Notes: a model not told the origin generated them from the sequence alone. A stretch of 64,000 nucleotides of DNA from Anthoceros angustus (GCA_010909165.1 MU008158.1:124001-188000), one strand, 5' to 3'; shown: positions 13,560 through 25,254, counted from the stretch's first letter. Made by a program: numbers and translations.

Positions 13560-13700
13560 GATGCCGCGAACACTGGTCAAATCAGACCCCCATGTTGTTG
13601 TGTGACCAGTGCAACCAAGGACATCATGTCTTTTGTCTTCGACCGCCGTTGAAAGCAATCCCGGAAGGAGAATGGTTTTGTCACAAATGCGCGACGGAAA
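13560..13700 (+). CDS. PHD finger, C-terminal to the integrase
   Basis: MLLCDQCNQGHHVFCLRPPLKAIPEGEWFCHKC is the second half of a C4HC3 PHD; the first Cys pair is degraded. Confidence 0.88.
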
Positions 13701-15414
13701 AGCTAGGGCGGAAAGAAGCTGGGGGGCCAGGTAAAACGCGCACTCACGGTGTGGGCGTGCGGGAAGAGAGTCACTAAAGGGAAGGTCTATAAAACCCGTT
13801 ACTTGCCTTATCGATGCGGGGTTGTGTGTGACGTCTGATGGTTGGCGGCGCAAGGAAGTAAAGTGTGGACGGAGGATTGGCGGGCACGAAGGAGGATTCA
13901 ATAGGGCGGAGGATTGATCATTGGAGAAGGCACAATTCTTGGAGAAATGTGTGAGTGCATCGATGCGGTGGCGGTGCGAGAAGGTGAGCAGCGGGGTTGT
14001 CACGGTGCATGTGGGAGAAAGCTAATTGCGGTGACGTGTGGGTGCGAAGCAAGGAAGGCGGCTGATCCGGGCATCACACGAGTTGTTGCGGTGAAGGAAG
14101 GCGATGACGATGGAACATCGTGGCCGCACGGCCAGCGGTAATTGTTAGTGCATGTAGTTGCGGTGTAGATAGGGATAATAGAGGCGCTCAAGTGACAAAA
14201 GTGAAGGCGGTGATCACAGAATTGGGGTGAAGAACAAGCGCTAAGGTGGTCATGGCATCATCAAGATGTGAGAAACGTGAGGTGCATGGTATGTTTGTTG
14301 TGTAGGCGGCAAGTGCGATGGCGGGGACGACAGGTAAGACCAAGTGACATTCGATCGTTGCAATCGAGCGACTTGTGTTGACTAACAAGCAAGACACTCG
14401 CTTTGCAAGGCCGATTGCAAACATAGGTAGTCTTCCGAATCAACGTTCATATGGTTGTTTGACCAACACTAACAACACCGTTTTCCAAATTAGAGCATCA
14501 AAGAGGGTTCCCATTGGGGACAACGGTGGTTGACATGGATGGAAGGCAGACCACACTTGCAAATCATGCTTCCGGAGAATGAGCACAAGTGTTCCACAAT
14601 TTCAGACGAGGCCATGGGAAGACAAATGGAAAACACCTTTGGTAAGGAAGGTATCGGACTGTAAACCCGAACGACCGAGACATTTACGGAGTTGCAAGCA
14701 TTTTTGTATATGGAATCACACCATGAGGCTGCAACATGAGAGTTTTCCTTATGATCATAGAGATCTTTTGAGTGGCGGGAAGGGGCATGAGCAGGCAAAG
14801 CTTCGTGTGGACCGATTCGTGAAGGGGCCTTTCAGCGGAACATCACTGTTCATGCATCGTGTTTGATCAGCCGAAGGGTTCTTAATGTACACACAAGGAA
14901 AAACCAGGTGACCTGAAGTCCGAAAGTTTGGCTAAGTCACTTGCAGGCGGGCGTTTCGCCATCGGTACCCACGAGCTTTCTACGGGGTGTTTGCTTACGC
15001 TTGCAGGAGTGTTGGAATGGGATGAAGCCACTCGGAATCTTGGTATCTTCGACGACAATGTGGGTGATTATCGAGGCACGGTGTATCGAACGATTATTAT
15101 GTAAATGGTTTGAATGGGTGGCGCCTAGGGTGAAGACCGAACTAGATAGCGATGAAGAAGAAGAACTCATGGCGGCATCGAGAAGAGCAGAACGCAGTTG
15201 GGCAAAGCACAAGTTGATGAGTATTTCGATCCGGAAGAGCGTGTGGCTGCGTTATTAATACAGGAGAATGGATCATGATAAACCGTCGGAACCACAACTG
15301 AGGGATGGCATGTTCCGAAGGTTTTACCGACGATTCTACGGCATTTGAGAGTGCCAAAGTGGTGCTTTCACAACATGACGCTTGCCATCCGAGTAGCCCA
15401 ACTTTGGCAGGGGG

Positions 15415-16089
15415 GCCATTTGCAAACGCAGTGAGGCGGAGGTGGTGATAACGCATGTGGCCCAAGGTTACGAGTTGATAGCGAGTAGTTGAAAGACTTT
15501 CTTTTTTTTGTGGATTTTGATAGGATGGCATGCGCCATGCCGCTATCGGGGTGGTGACATATGCCGATGGTAGAAAGAGGTAGATAAGAATCGAGTGTGA
15601 TGGTGTGTGTGTGCTATGTGTGTGGTGGCATGATGAGTGGCATGGGTATGGAAATAGGATGGTGTCGTGGTTATGTGGACCATACAAGCGAGAATCTGGT
15701 CAAGCGCAATTAAGGCTCGGCGAAGATCTCCGACATGTGCGGGTGTGATCACGGCTCTTGAATTCGGGCAGAATTAAGATCGGCGGTGTAGGCTACAAAG
15801 TCCGACAATCCGTCATTGAGGCGGATTGTTGATGTCTCGATTCAATAGAACAGACGGATCCCAAGCATTTTGAGCACCTTGTGATGCTTGAGCTGTGGTG
15901 TGTGCATAGGATAACCATCCCAAGCCAGTGATTTTTGCCATTTGCAAACGCAGTGAGGCGGAGGTGGTGATAATGCATGTGGCCCAAGGTTACGAGTTGA
16001 TAGCGAGTAGTTGAAAGACTTTCTTTTTTTTGTGGATTTTGATAGGATGGCATATGCGGCCATGCCCGCTATGCGGCCGTGGCGCGACA
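15415..16089 (+). repeat. Right terminal complex B1 (15415-15559), A2 (15560-15936), B2 (15937-16089)
   Basis: gccatttgcaaacgcagtgaggcggagg...gaca occurs twice, flanking A2. A G-run (cagggggg) precedes B1. Confidence 0.85.
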
Positions 16090-16460
16090 CGCTCCTATCG
16101 TATCTCCTTCCTTCATCCTTAACCCATAGAAGTCATTTCTTGCAGCAACTAAGGTTAGGATGTTCTGGACTTGATAGGTGTCCTTCAATTGTCTCCAGAC
16201 GTCGGCTGCAGTTGGTAGAAACTCAACCTTTGTCACAGTGGCCTCATCCAAACCAAATAGCAAAATGGCAAATGCAATTTTGTTGCCTTTGTTGAATTTG
16301 GCTATCTCTTCAGGTAATGCACTAGTGCCTGGTTGGGGAATAGAATTCTGGAGTTTGTTGACCATATACGTGTTGGACAGCTTCTGAATTCTCGCCTTCA
16401 ATCTACAGAAAATTTGCTAATGAGGGTTTCCACACAGCTGGCTGGTAGGATTACCTCGGT
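16069..16460 (-). pseudogene. copia-1 gag, N-terminal half
   Basis: LKARIQK...KIAFAILLFGL...TAADVWRQLKDTY...FYGLRMKEGDTIGA, continuing into 1930 once the insert is removed. Confidence 0.85.
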
Positions 16461-17056
16461 ATATAGAAGATTTCAAGAGATCCGGGCCACTCTAGATGAA
16501 TTGGTTGTTTCCCTTGAATAATTGAACTCTGGTAGAACTACGGCCTTCTCTGCGAGAGATCCAATTTCTGCATTGTACTGCCCTAGCCTCAAGCAACGAT
16601 GTGAGAAGGCTTCCAAGAGGGTAGCGCTATAATTCGTGTGGAGCCTCAAGCCATAATTTCATTGCTTTAATTTTCTTTGGATTCGCGACATCTTGTTGCT
16701 GGCTCTCAAGAGGTGTCATGGGACTTGGTGGCGGTTGGTGTAGGTAACTACCCGGAAAGGTGCCCTAACTTTAGTTTCCACCTGTGCTCCTTGTTTTCTG
16801 GTAACCCTAAAAAACACAAAACTGAAACATTATTAGTTAAGTTTTGTACCCCTTCCACTCTCCTTCAGTTTGCTGCCTCCTCTCTACACCTTTGTTACTC
16901 TTTTCCAGCCAGCATTTTTCCAGTTTATGTCTGGATACTGGTGGGACTTTAGTGTTGACTTAGATGAGGGCGCAGAGACTGAAGCAGATTTTCTTAACTC
17001 GTTAGCCTCTCAGTTTCCTTCCTTCTCTCTACCTATTCCTCCTATTTTTATCAAAA

Positions 17057-17200
17057 TGGCTGGAGGAACATCATACAGTGGATAATTTAAGGAGAAGGAC
17101 AGGTTTGATGGCAAACCTGCTAGGTACGAGAGCTAGCGAGCTAGGATGAAGGCCTTCTTGGATGCACGTGATGTTTGGGAAATTGTGGATGGTTCTCCAG
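17057..17200 (+). pseudogene. Short copia gag N-terminus relic, antisense within the copia-1 leader
   Basis: MAGGTSYSG*FKEKDRFDGK....*RARMKAFLDARDVWEIVDG resembles the gag N-terminus at 41128-41448. Confidence 0.65.
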
Positions 17201-17598
17201 TCTTCTGTTTGATGCTGATTGCGATTGTAAACCCTCGAACGATGAATGCAGGGACGCGGACGGGGAGAGGCACCACATAAATTCTTCACATCGGATTTGT
17301 GTGTCTGTATCCTCCTAGGATGTCTGGAACTCGGAACTTGCTCAAGTGTCCGGTTCCTGAGGAATTTGTTGTCTAGTTCTGCCTAGGCTCTAAGATGATC
17401 AGCAGAATTAGAGAAATAAAACGGATCCTCAGAATGACGTCTTGTCCTCCACGTCTTTGCTCTTCTGCTTCACATATTCAGATTAAATAAGCAAAGCATT
17501 GTAAAGCTAGAAGCCATAGGGTCCTAGAATACTAGCAAGTCTGCAATATAGATAGACAAACATGGATCTAACATATATTCAGACATTGAGTACCTGGT

Positions 17599-17610
17599 GC
17601 TCTGATACCA
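17599..17610 (-). promoter_or_regulatory. Primer-binding site (initiator tRNA-Met) of copia-1
   Basis: Minus strand ...TTTCA TGGTATCAGAGC. Confidence 0.9.
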
Positions 17611-18780
17611 TGAAACTTTGTGAGCGGAAGCTCGTTGAATTGCAAAAAAGAATAGAGCAATTAATCAAAAGTTGAATACAAAATTGTCTTAAGTACTTCA
17701 TGTGAGTAGGTATGACCATTCACCACTAACCAAGATATTAAATAACTAAATAATAACTGGTAGGTTAATAACAACCTTTCACATTCTAACACAATTAATC
17801 CTGCAAGGTGACGTAGGAACACACTCCGCTCCTCGAGCATGGAAAGGCAAGAGCGCACGGAACGCGAAGTTGGCACAAGGGATAGTCTCCCGGGTCTTGG
17901 GCGCCATGCCTTCTTATATACCCCCCACACCCTAATCTAACCCGCCTATGTATGTACCCTAACTCTAGGTTGCCAGGCCGTAGTAGCTCATCATTTCACC
18001 AGAATTCTTCCACTGGCTGCTCTCTCGCCATGCAGCAGATCCGTTCTAGACTACGCTGCCTGACCGGACTAAGCCGCTCGGCTGGACCAACTCCATCGAA
18101 CGCTGCCCAGCAGGGCCGTCCGAACTACGCCTCCGACTGGACCAACCCGCCAGGCACACTTCAACGGACTTACTTCGGCAAGCTCCCCCTTAATGAACCA
18201 TATCTCCCCCTTCGCTGGATCACCCCATCTCGGCGGACCAGTCCCGCATTCGCCGGACCAGTCCCGCAATGCCGGACCTCTTCGGCCTCCAGCAAACCAA
18301 GGGTCTAAGGATTGCACTCTAAGTGCAATCTGGCCAAAAATGGCCTTATTGGCTAACTCCTCTCTATCCCTATTAAAAAATAACAACCCAAAAGAAAAAA
18401 AAAAAGCATAAAACAAGCCGCCGATGTTTTGAACATCGGATTTGGCAGTGTACAGGTTGCTTACCTACCACGGTAGGTGCACCCCTACCGTTCACGTTTG
18501 GCACCTACTCTCCTCGCTACAAGGTCATTTCTTTTTCCCTAAGTATGCTCCCTACCTTTCTAACACTATCCTACGACTCCCGCTTCAAAAGAACCCAAAA
18601 AGTTCCGACATGTTTCCTCCAAATCATTTTTAACCAAAAGAAGTTGGACTTGTTCCAAAACAAACTCACTTGATCTAATAGCCCAAACTTTTGGTTTCAC
18701 AGCAGTGCGAGCGCGAACAGGGAGCGTGAAACGCTCAAAGATGAATAGGACAAGGACAAAGATTTACCTAGTACTTTTCA
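17611..18780 (-). repeat. Putative 5' LTR of copia-1
   Basis: Abuts the PBS; TGAAA...TTTCA inverted ends; TATATAAG on the minus strand at 17913-17920. The right boundary is inferred because the partner LTR is outside the window. Confidence 0.55.
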
Positions 18781-19092
18781 TTGCTTTACATCCTTAGGAA
18801 AAATGAAAGTTACTTTAGAGAGACAATAAAGACATTTAGTTCGGTTGCTCGGGTGCACCTGGACTAAAGCCCCAACAGACCGAGTGCTAGCAAAGTATTT
18901 GCCTCGCGTGCTGGGGCTCTTGCCTCGACCGTGCGCTCTCACGTGCGGGGACTCCGCCTTTCGGGGCATCCGGCTCAGAGCCGTCTTGGCTTAACAGCCT
19001 CAGCGGCTCTACGCCGGAATGTCCCTCCGAGCGGGCATTCCCTAATACATGGAGATCCTGGTCTATCTTCGTGGAACTTCACGAAACGAGAG

Positions 19093-19388
19093 TAAATATG
19101 AAAATAGGCTGGGCAAAGGATGACCATGAATATCCTTTCAAATAAACATGTTGATGAATCCCACTTTTTAACATGTCCTAAAACCCATTTCCTAACCAAG
19201 ATACTTATCAAGTTCTTTTAATTAAGATACTCCTAGGTTGTAAATATGAAAATAGACTGGGCAAAGGATGACCATGAATATCCTTTCAAATAAACATGTT
19301 GATGAATCCCACTTTTTAACATATCCTAAAACCCATTTCCTAACCAAGATACTTATCAAGTTATTTTAATTAAGATAATCCTAGGTTT
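19093..19388. repeat. 148-bp tandem duplication
   Basis: taaatatgaaaatag...ctaggtt starts at 19093 and again at 19241. Confidence 0.9.
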
Positions 19389-19928
19389 TGTAAAAGACTT
19401 GTCCTTAAACATAACTTCTGGATGGGAGGAGACTCGAACTTTCAAAGGGTAAGAGGAGTATGTGTATCTACCCTCATAAGACGCATTCGACATGTCTCAA
19501 TATATATGTTGGTGAGTCGGATGGCCCATGCTATCCAAATCTGAAAAAGGGAACAAAACTATGTTCATACTATAATGGGTACACGGGATGAGATTAAAAG
19601 GTGGAAAAGGAATTGCGAACCTAAGCTCTTTCGGGAGAAGAAAATGATGCAGATGCTAAACCCCGGCCCTAGCCCCTTCTTTGCTCATTGTCAGCTGTTG
19701 CTGCGCGTCGACGCCTGTGAATCGAGGCGAGTTCGTGTCGTCCAGCCAGGGTTGATCTTCCCAGTTGGCTTGCAAGGGTATGGGTGTGCCGTGCGGAATG
19801 TGCGCCTGGATGTTCTGGCACTCCGGGGCGGAGAGATGCATGATGGATAGGGTTTGGCGGTAGCGGAACCCGGGCGTGTGGCACTCTGGTTGATCAGGTT
19901 AGCAGACTTGCACGCGTAAGGCGCAGCC

Positions 19929-22900
19929 ATGGCAGACAGCAGCGGTGGTGCCAACACCGCTGACTCCTATATCGGCAGCCTTATCAGCCTCACTTCTAAG
20001 AGCGAGATCCGATATGAAGGCGTTCTCTATACGGTGGACACGGAAAATTCCAACATTGCTTTGTCGAATGGTGAGATTCTCCTGGTCCTTCCTGCTGCTT
20101 GGTGCAATTCCTTGCAGCTTGGTGTACTTTTGCACCCCCGGCTTCAGAATTGGGGAATGTCCTTCGCGCCTTCACTGTTGTGAGAGTCTCTTCCTTGTTC
20201 TGGACTCGAGCAAATGCACAGCATGCAGGTCGGGTGTATAGGTACTTTGCACAGTTCGAATGGTCCGGGTAAGCTCTCAGCTGGAGGAAACCGGATCCGG
20301 GTTCTGTCTGGCGTTGGGCCCGATTTTACGGATATTGTGGCCTACCGTGCCGTCGCGTGGTCGTGAATACCATTCCTCAGATCCGAAGATGTACCAATGG
20401 AAGTCGTGGATCAGTATTTAGCCCGTCATAAGCTTAGAACCTAGTGAGTGCTATGTTTGGAAGGTCATGATGCCCTAAGCCTGGATATCCTGTGATAGTA
20501 TTCCATGGAACAATCTTTAGTTGTTAATTGGACGTTCGTGATTCAGTATGCGGTGAACTGGAGGGTTTGGATGCCTGTCTCTTGCGGTTTCTATTGGTGA
20601 ACATTGGATGACAGCACGTTTTATCCCTGTCGGTTCTTATGTTTGCAGTGAGATCCTTTGGAACGGAAGGGAGAAAGAAAGACGGCCCCCAAATCCTCCC
20701 CAGCGATAAGGTTTACGACTTCATTATATTTCGGGGCTCCGACATTAAGGTAGGAATTCATGCGCTCACGATAGTTTACAGTGATTCTGATCTGGGGAAC
20801 CGTCGTCGGGTCGGAGCCGGCACCAAAGATGGTTAATGTGAGGTCTTATGTGCGCAGGATTTGCAAGTGAAGTCCTCCCCTGCTGCTGTGCCAGCTTCGC
20901 ATCAGCCACCAAGTGATCCAGCAATTATCCACCTTCAGGTACACCTTAGCACCAAACCTGTTCTGTAGGGGTCTCTGCTAGGTCTCTAGTTTATGGGATA
21001 CCATGCGTCTGTAATTCGGTGATTTGTTTCTCTTTTGCTTGATGTAACTTGTTGAGGAGGAACTAGGCTATAGGGAGTGGGCGTGGTCATCTCTTGTGTG
21101 TTTCTGCCAGAGACGACAAATTTACGATGTGTATTGTGTCTTCTGAACAGTCACAATATACTCAGCCAGCATCCTTGGCCCCAGCATATGTGCCTCCTTC
21201 TCAAGTTGGTCCTCCTACAGATGCAAGCCTACCAGCAGCATATGGTGGCATCAGGTCACCTGCTTTTAGAGGCAGTGTCCCACCCATGTACCAACCAGCT
21301 GCTGGTATGGGGTCGTGGGGTGTTCCCCCAATGCCTGGTGTCAATGGAACAGGGATTGCAATGCCTATGTATTGGCAGGGTTATTACAGGCCCCCTAGTG
21401 GACAAGCACAGTTACAACCACAGCCCCTACCTGTTCCTAACCTTACACCGCAACATGTTTTGCAAGCAGCTGGACGGTCTTATCTTTCACCACCGGCATC
21501 ATTGTCTGGAGTTCCAACTGGTGTAGCCTCCAGCCAGGCGAATATGGCCTTTGCAAATGCTCCTCCACCACCTGTGGCTGCCATGCAACCTTACGTCCCT
21601 GCAGCAATACCTGAGCCCTTGACACCGGCATCATTCCCTGCCTCCAGTGCAGCTTCTATGCTGGTTGCTGCATCATTGCCGTCTACCTCAGTTGTTCCTC
21701 CGGCTACACCCCCTGCAGCCCCAGCTGTGACTTCTTCTATTATTTCTGCAAGTGCAGCAGTCAGCGGGCCAAGTTCAGCGGCGGAGAACCTGGCATCTTC
21801 AGCTTATGGAGTCAGTGCTGTGATAACCCCAGCGGCCAAGAATCCTCGGAGGAGCAATGCTCCTGGTCAATCCGCTCCACTTCAGGATGGTGGTGGTGGT
21901 GGTGGTGGTGGTGGTGGTGTTGGTGGTATTGTACCTGTGTCTATGGGTTTGTCGGCCTCTGCGCACACAGCCGCTACAAAAGGTGTGTGGCCCAATGCCA
22001 GTGGGCAAAAGCTTGGAGCTCCTCAGCCTCAGAAAGGTGCCGGGAGCCTTGAACCTTCCATTTTGGAGCAGAATTTGCTACAGTCAGGACATCAAATCTC
22101 TGCTGTGGCACCAGAAGAACTGCAGCAACAAATCTCTCAACCGTTGCTACCTTTGCCTGTGACTTCAGTGCAACCGAAGATCGTGCCACAGGTAACTTGT
22201 GTAGCATCCCGATGTGCAAGTAACCAGAATGGCAGTTTTTTGGGCCTCACTTGGTTGAAAAGGCGATGGTAAAATGAACTCCAAAGCTTTGGTTGGCCTG
22301 AACCAGATGTCGTTTTGTTTGGACTGTTGCTGAAGATTTTTGTGTCTAACCAGTGGCATGGAGGCCAACGCATTGCAGTAACCCGCCAGAGCGACCGTTG
22401 GCAGGTAGATGGGATGTCCAAAGTGCAAAGGTGTATCCAGCGCAGATGCTGCGGCTGGGTCAACTTTTGTGGGGGGATGTGATGTTGTCTCATGGACTTG
22501 GTTTGGTTTACTGCTGTGCATTTCAAAGATTCGTTGTTGCTTGAGGGTCCTGAGTATTAATTTCACACACCGTAATCTCGTTCTACTTATTAAAAAGCTT
22601 TACAGTTGCATGATTGTTGGCTTTTGTGTTTCAGGGTAATGGGTCGCCTGGACACAGCAACAATTATGGTCGAAGGCCTAGAGGAAGAGCTGGAAGTGGA
22701 AGAGGCGTAGGGGTAAAAAGGCCATGCTTTTTGCTTGATTGCATTTACACTGCTACAAAGCTTTCAGTGCTGGTGTAGGTTTGTGATCTGGCACGACATG
22801 TATTCTTCTGTCGGGTGTTAAAGTCATTCTTTAACTCTGCCCTTACTGTTTTGTGTAGGTTTCCCATCCGACCAAACAGTTTACTGAAGACTTTGACTTC

Positions 22901-23532
22901 ACAGCCATGAACGAGCGGTTTAAGAAAGATGAAGTTTGGGGTGAGCTTGGTGGCAAAGGGGATGGCGGAGAAAAAGTATTGCTCCCCATCAGTGTGGATG
23001 GTGTAGAGGGTAATCCTGATGACGAGGAACTGGATGGATTGGCGCTTTCAAGCAAGTCATTACCTGATGCGCCCAAGAAGGTATTGATGGACAAGAATCT
23101 TGTATTGGAAGGTTTGCTGAATGCTGACACTGTTCGTCTCACGCCCTCTCATCCTCTGTTGGTAACTGCAGCCCATGTACGTGAAGGAAGAATTCTTCGA
23201 CTCCCTGTCATGTGATGCGCTGGATCGGGAAGGAGGGCGTGCAGAACGCACAAAGTACTCTGAGCAACGCAAGATCGATACAGAGGTTGGACGTTGGAAT
23301 GTGAGACTTGAGTCGGTTGTGTGAGTCGTCGCATTTCTCACACGAATTTTTGTGGCAGACGTTTGGTACCTTCCCACTGAGAAGCCGTGGCGGGCGTGGA
23401 GGCCGAGGTGGCATGAGGGGAGGTTACAGGGGTGGTGGTGGTGGTTTCTACAATCAGCAATATTCAGGCGGAGGCAGGGGGAATGGATATGGAAGGGCCC
23501 GCAATGCTCCCAGGACTACCTCACCGAAGTAG
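19929..23532 (+). CDS. DCP5: Decapping 5 / LSM14 (Scd6, RAP55) family protein, 8 exons: 19929-20070, 20649-20749, 20858-20938, 21151-22191, 22635-22712, 22859-23080, 23172-23285, 23359-23532 (650 aa)
   Basis: LSm14 domain [18 protein letters not shown]...[13 protein letters not shown]...[14 protein letters not shown]; DFDF box ([21 protein letters not shown]); FFD box (EEFFDSLSC); TFG box (RKIDTETFG); RGG tail. All introns are GT-AG and the frame is preserved. Confidence 0.95.
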
Positions 23533-25254
23533 GTGGGCGTAGCTGGTGCCTGTTTCTAGCCTCTGACACGGCAATCTGGCGCGGGGCATGCACAGGCCAA
23601 GCGATGGTGTACTATCTTTGTGGCTCTACCTGGTTACCTACCTACAGACGTGGCCGGAGTTGTTGATAGGCTGCTGCTCCTGGACTAGGCGACGCATCTC
23701 CTCCAGAGGGTAGTGGGGGTAGCGCAGGCGAGCAGCCGGCGGGCAGCGGGCTCGGTCGGGGTTCGGGGAGGGTGTAGGGTGGAGTGGCAGTTGAACAGGA
23801 GTCTTGGTGGGGCCTCTTGTCCGTAGTCTTGTCTTGGAGTGATGACAGTGGCCTTCCCACGGACATACAAGCAAAAAAGCCTGTTGTTCTTCGATGTGTT
23901 GTCAGCGGGATTCACGGTGGGCCATCTAGGACTTGTAAGTATACTGCAAGTAGTTGTCCGGGATTTGGGTCCCCATGTTTGGCCAGATGGACCTGTTGAT
24001 AACATCACACCGTGGCAATGAACGGAAGGTGTCTCGTTCCTTGCGGCCTTGCAGTAGTACATCACTTACCCAGTGGGCAGTACTGCAGTGTGTATGTTGG
24101 ACCTCGCTTGCGAAATGTCGAGTCGGGCCTGGCACGCTGCCAGTGGTCGGCAATCACGGGCAGCGCCCTTACATAATGGAGTCACGAGGACAGTGGAGGG
24201 CCTAGGCGACAGGCGCATTTATGCGCATTGATGGAAACAAAATTAAAAAAGCGCATTGATGGCAAGCAGGACAGTCCCAAATCCGGGGGACCCGCTGATT
24301 CCGGCGCCGGCCGCCGGCGATGCAGGATCGGCGCTGCCTGATTTGCGAGGACGCGAGGGCCCCGGGCCCGGCTCGTCCCGAGTCCCGAGTCCCGCGCCAG
24401 GGGCAGCCGCAGCCGCAGCAGCAGCAGAAGCCGCAGCAGGACTCGGCAAGGCATCCCAATCGCTGGACTAGACTACTTGCGTTTGCAAAGAAATGAAACC
24501 TTTGCTCCCGTCGTGTATAGCAAATTGCCATGGCCGGTGGCGAGCAGCAGCTCCGTTCTCGCAGATGTGCCGGCGTGGCCTTTGTCCTTTGTCGTGTTCC
24601 TGTCCTGTCGCCGCGCCTCTCGCTCCTGCAATGTGCTGGGGCCGCGTTCCCGGAGGATCTGGACCAGTCTAGTGAGCGGAAGCGGAGGACTGATCCCATC
24701 CAGCTCAAGAAAAGCAGCGCTGTATCCGCCATACATGGATGACGCTGGATCACACACCCCAATCTCCTCAGCCGGCTCTGTCTGCTGCTTCTTCTGCTCC
24801 CGCTGCTCTTCCTCCTGATCCGCCTCCCGGCTTCGGAGACGAAGCCGCGATGAAACGCTTGTCTGTCTTTTCGTTCTTCCCCGAGCACATCGTCGCCTCC
24901 GCCTCCCGGTGCAGCCGCATCGAGAGGGTTTGAATCTCGAGCAACAAGCCGTGCACGGCGGGCCGCGCTCGAGGCAGCATGACGCGAGCCGGCCCCGCGC
25001 GCGCTCTCTTCCCCCGCTCGTCCCAGCCACAAATTCCATCCCGCAGAGCTCACACCTCGTGAGCACGCGGCAGTCATGGCGGACTGCGGCATCAGCAGCA
25101 GCAGCAAGGAGGCGAAGGAGAAGGAGGTAGACTGGCTGCTGCTACTGGTGAGCGGCGACCAGGGGTCCGAGGACCCCGCGGTCCCCGACCGCGACAACGA
25201 GTCGTCTTCACAGTCGTTTGAGTCGTCTTCGTCGTCCTCATCCGCCTCCTCATC

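Larger units (their letters stand above)
1931..16089 (+). mobile_element. Ty3/gypsy-type retrotransposon carrying a DNMT3-like methyltransferase and a PHD finger
   Basis: Termini TGTC...GACA flanked by a direct 4-bp CGCT (1927-1930, 16090-16093). Removing the element restores the copia gag frame (KEGDTIGA|HINKF). Internal order gag-CCHC-PR-MTase-RT-RH-INT-PHD. Confidence 0.9.
1..18780 (-). mobile_element. Ty1/copia LTR retrotransposon (copia-1), runs off the left edge, interrupted by a nested gypsy element at 1931-16089
   Basis: Minus-strand order: LTR (17611-18780), PBS TGGTATCAGAGC, gag, zinc knuckle (CNWC..PGHWERDC), protease (WFIDSGATAH), GAG-pre-integrase (LWHARLGH), integrase (LELVHADI, TDNGGEF, PQQNGVAERKN). 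Protease-integrase order is copia-type. Confidence 0.9.

Noticed and set aside
19013-19040. Helitron 3' hairpin (ggaatgtcc...gggcattcc)
   Set aside because: No CTRR terminus downstream and no other Helitron evidence.
21889-21918. (GGT)10 microsatellite as a separate element
   Set aside because: Ordinary poly-Gly tract in the disordered middle of DCP5.
24473-24560. VQ-motif protein (FANASSLVQRLG)
   Set aside because: Does not match FxxxVQxLTG well and no supporting gene structure was found.
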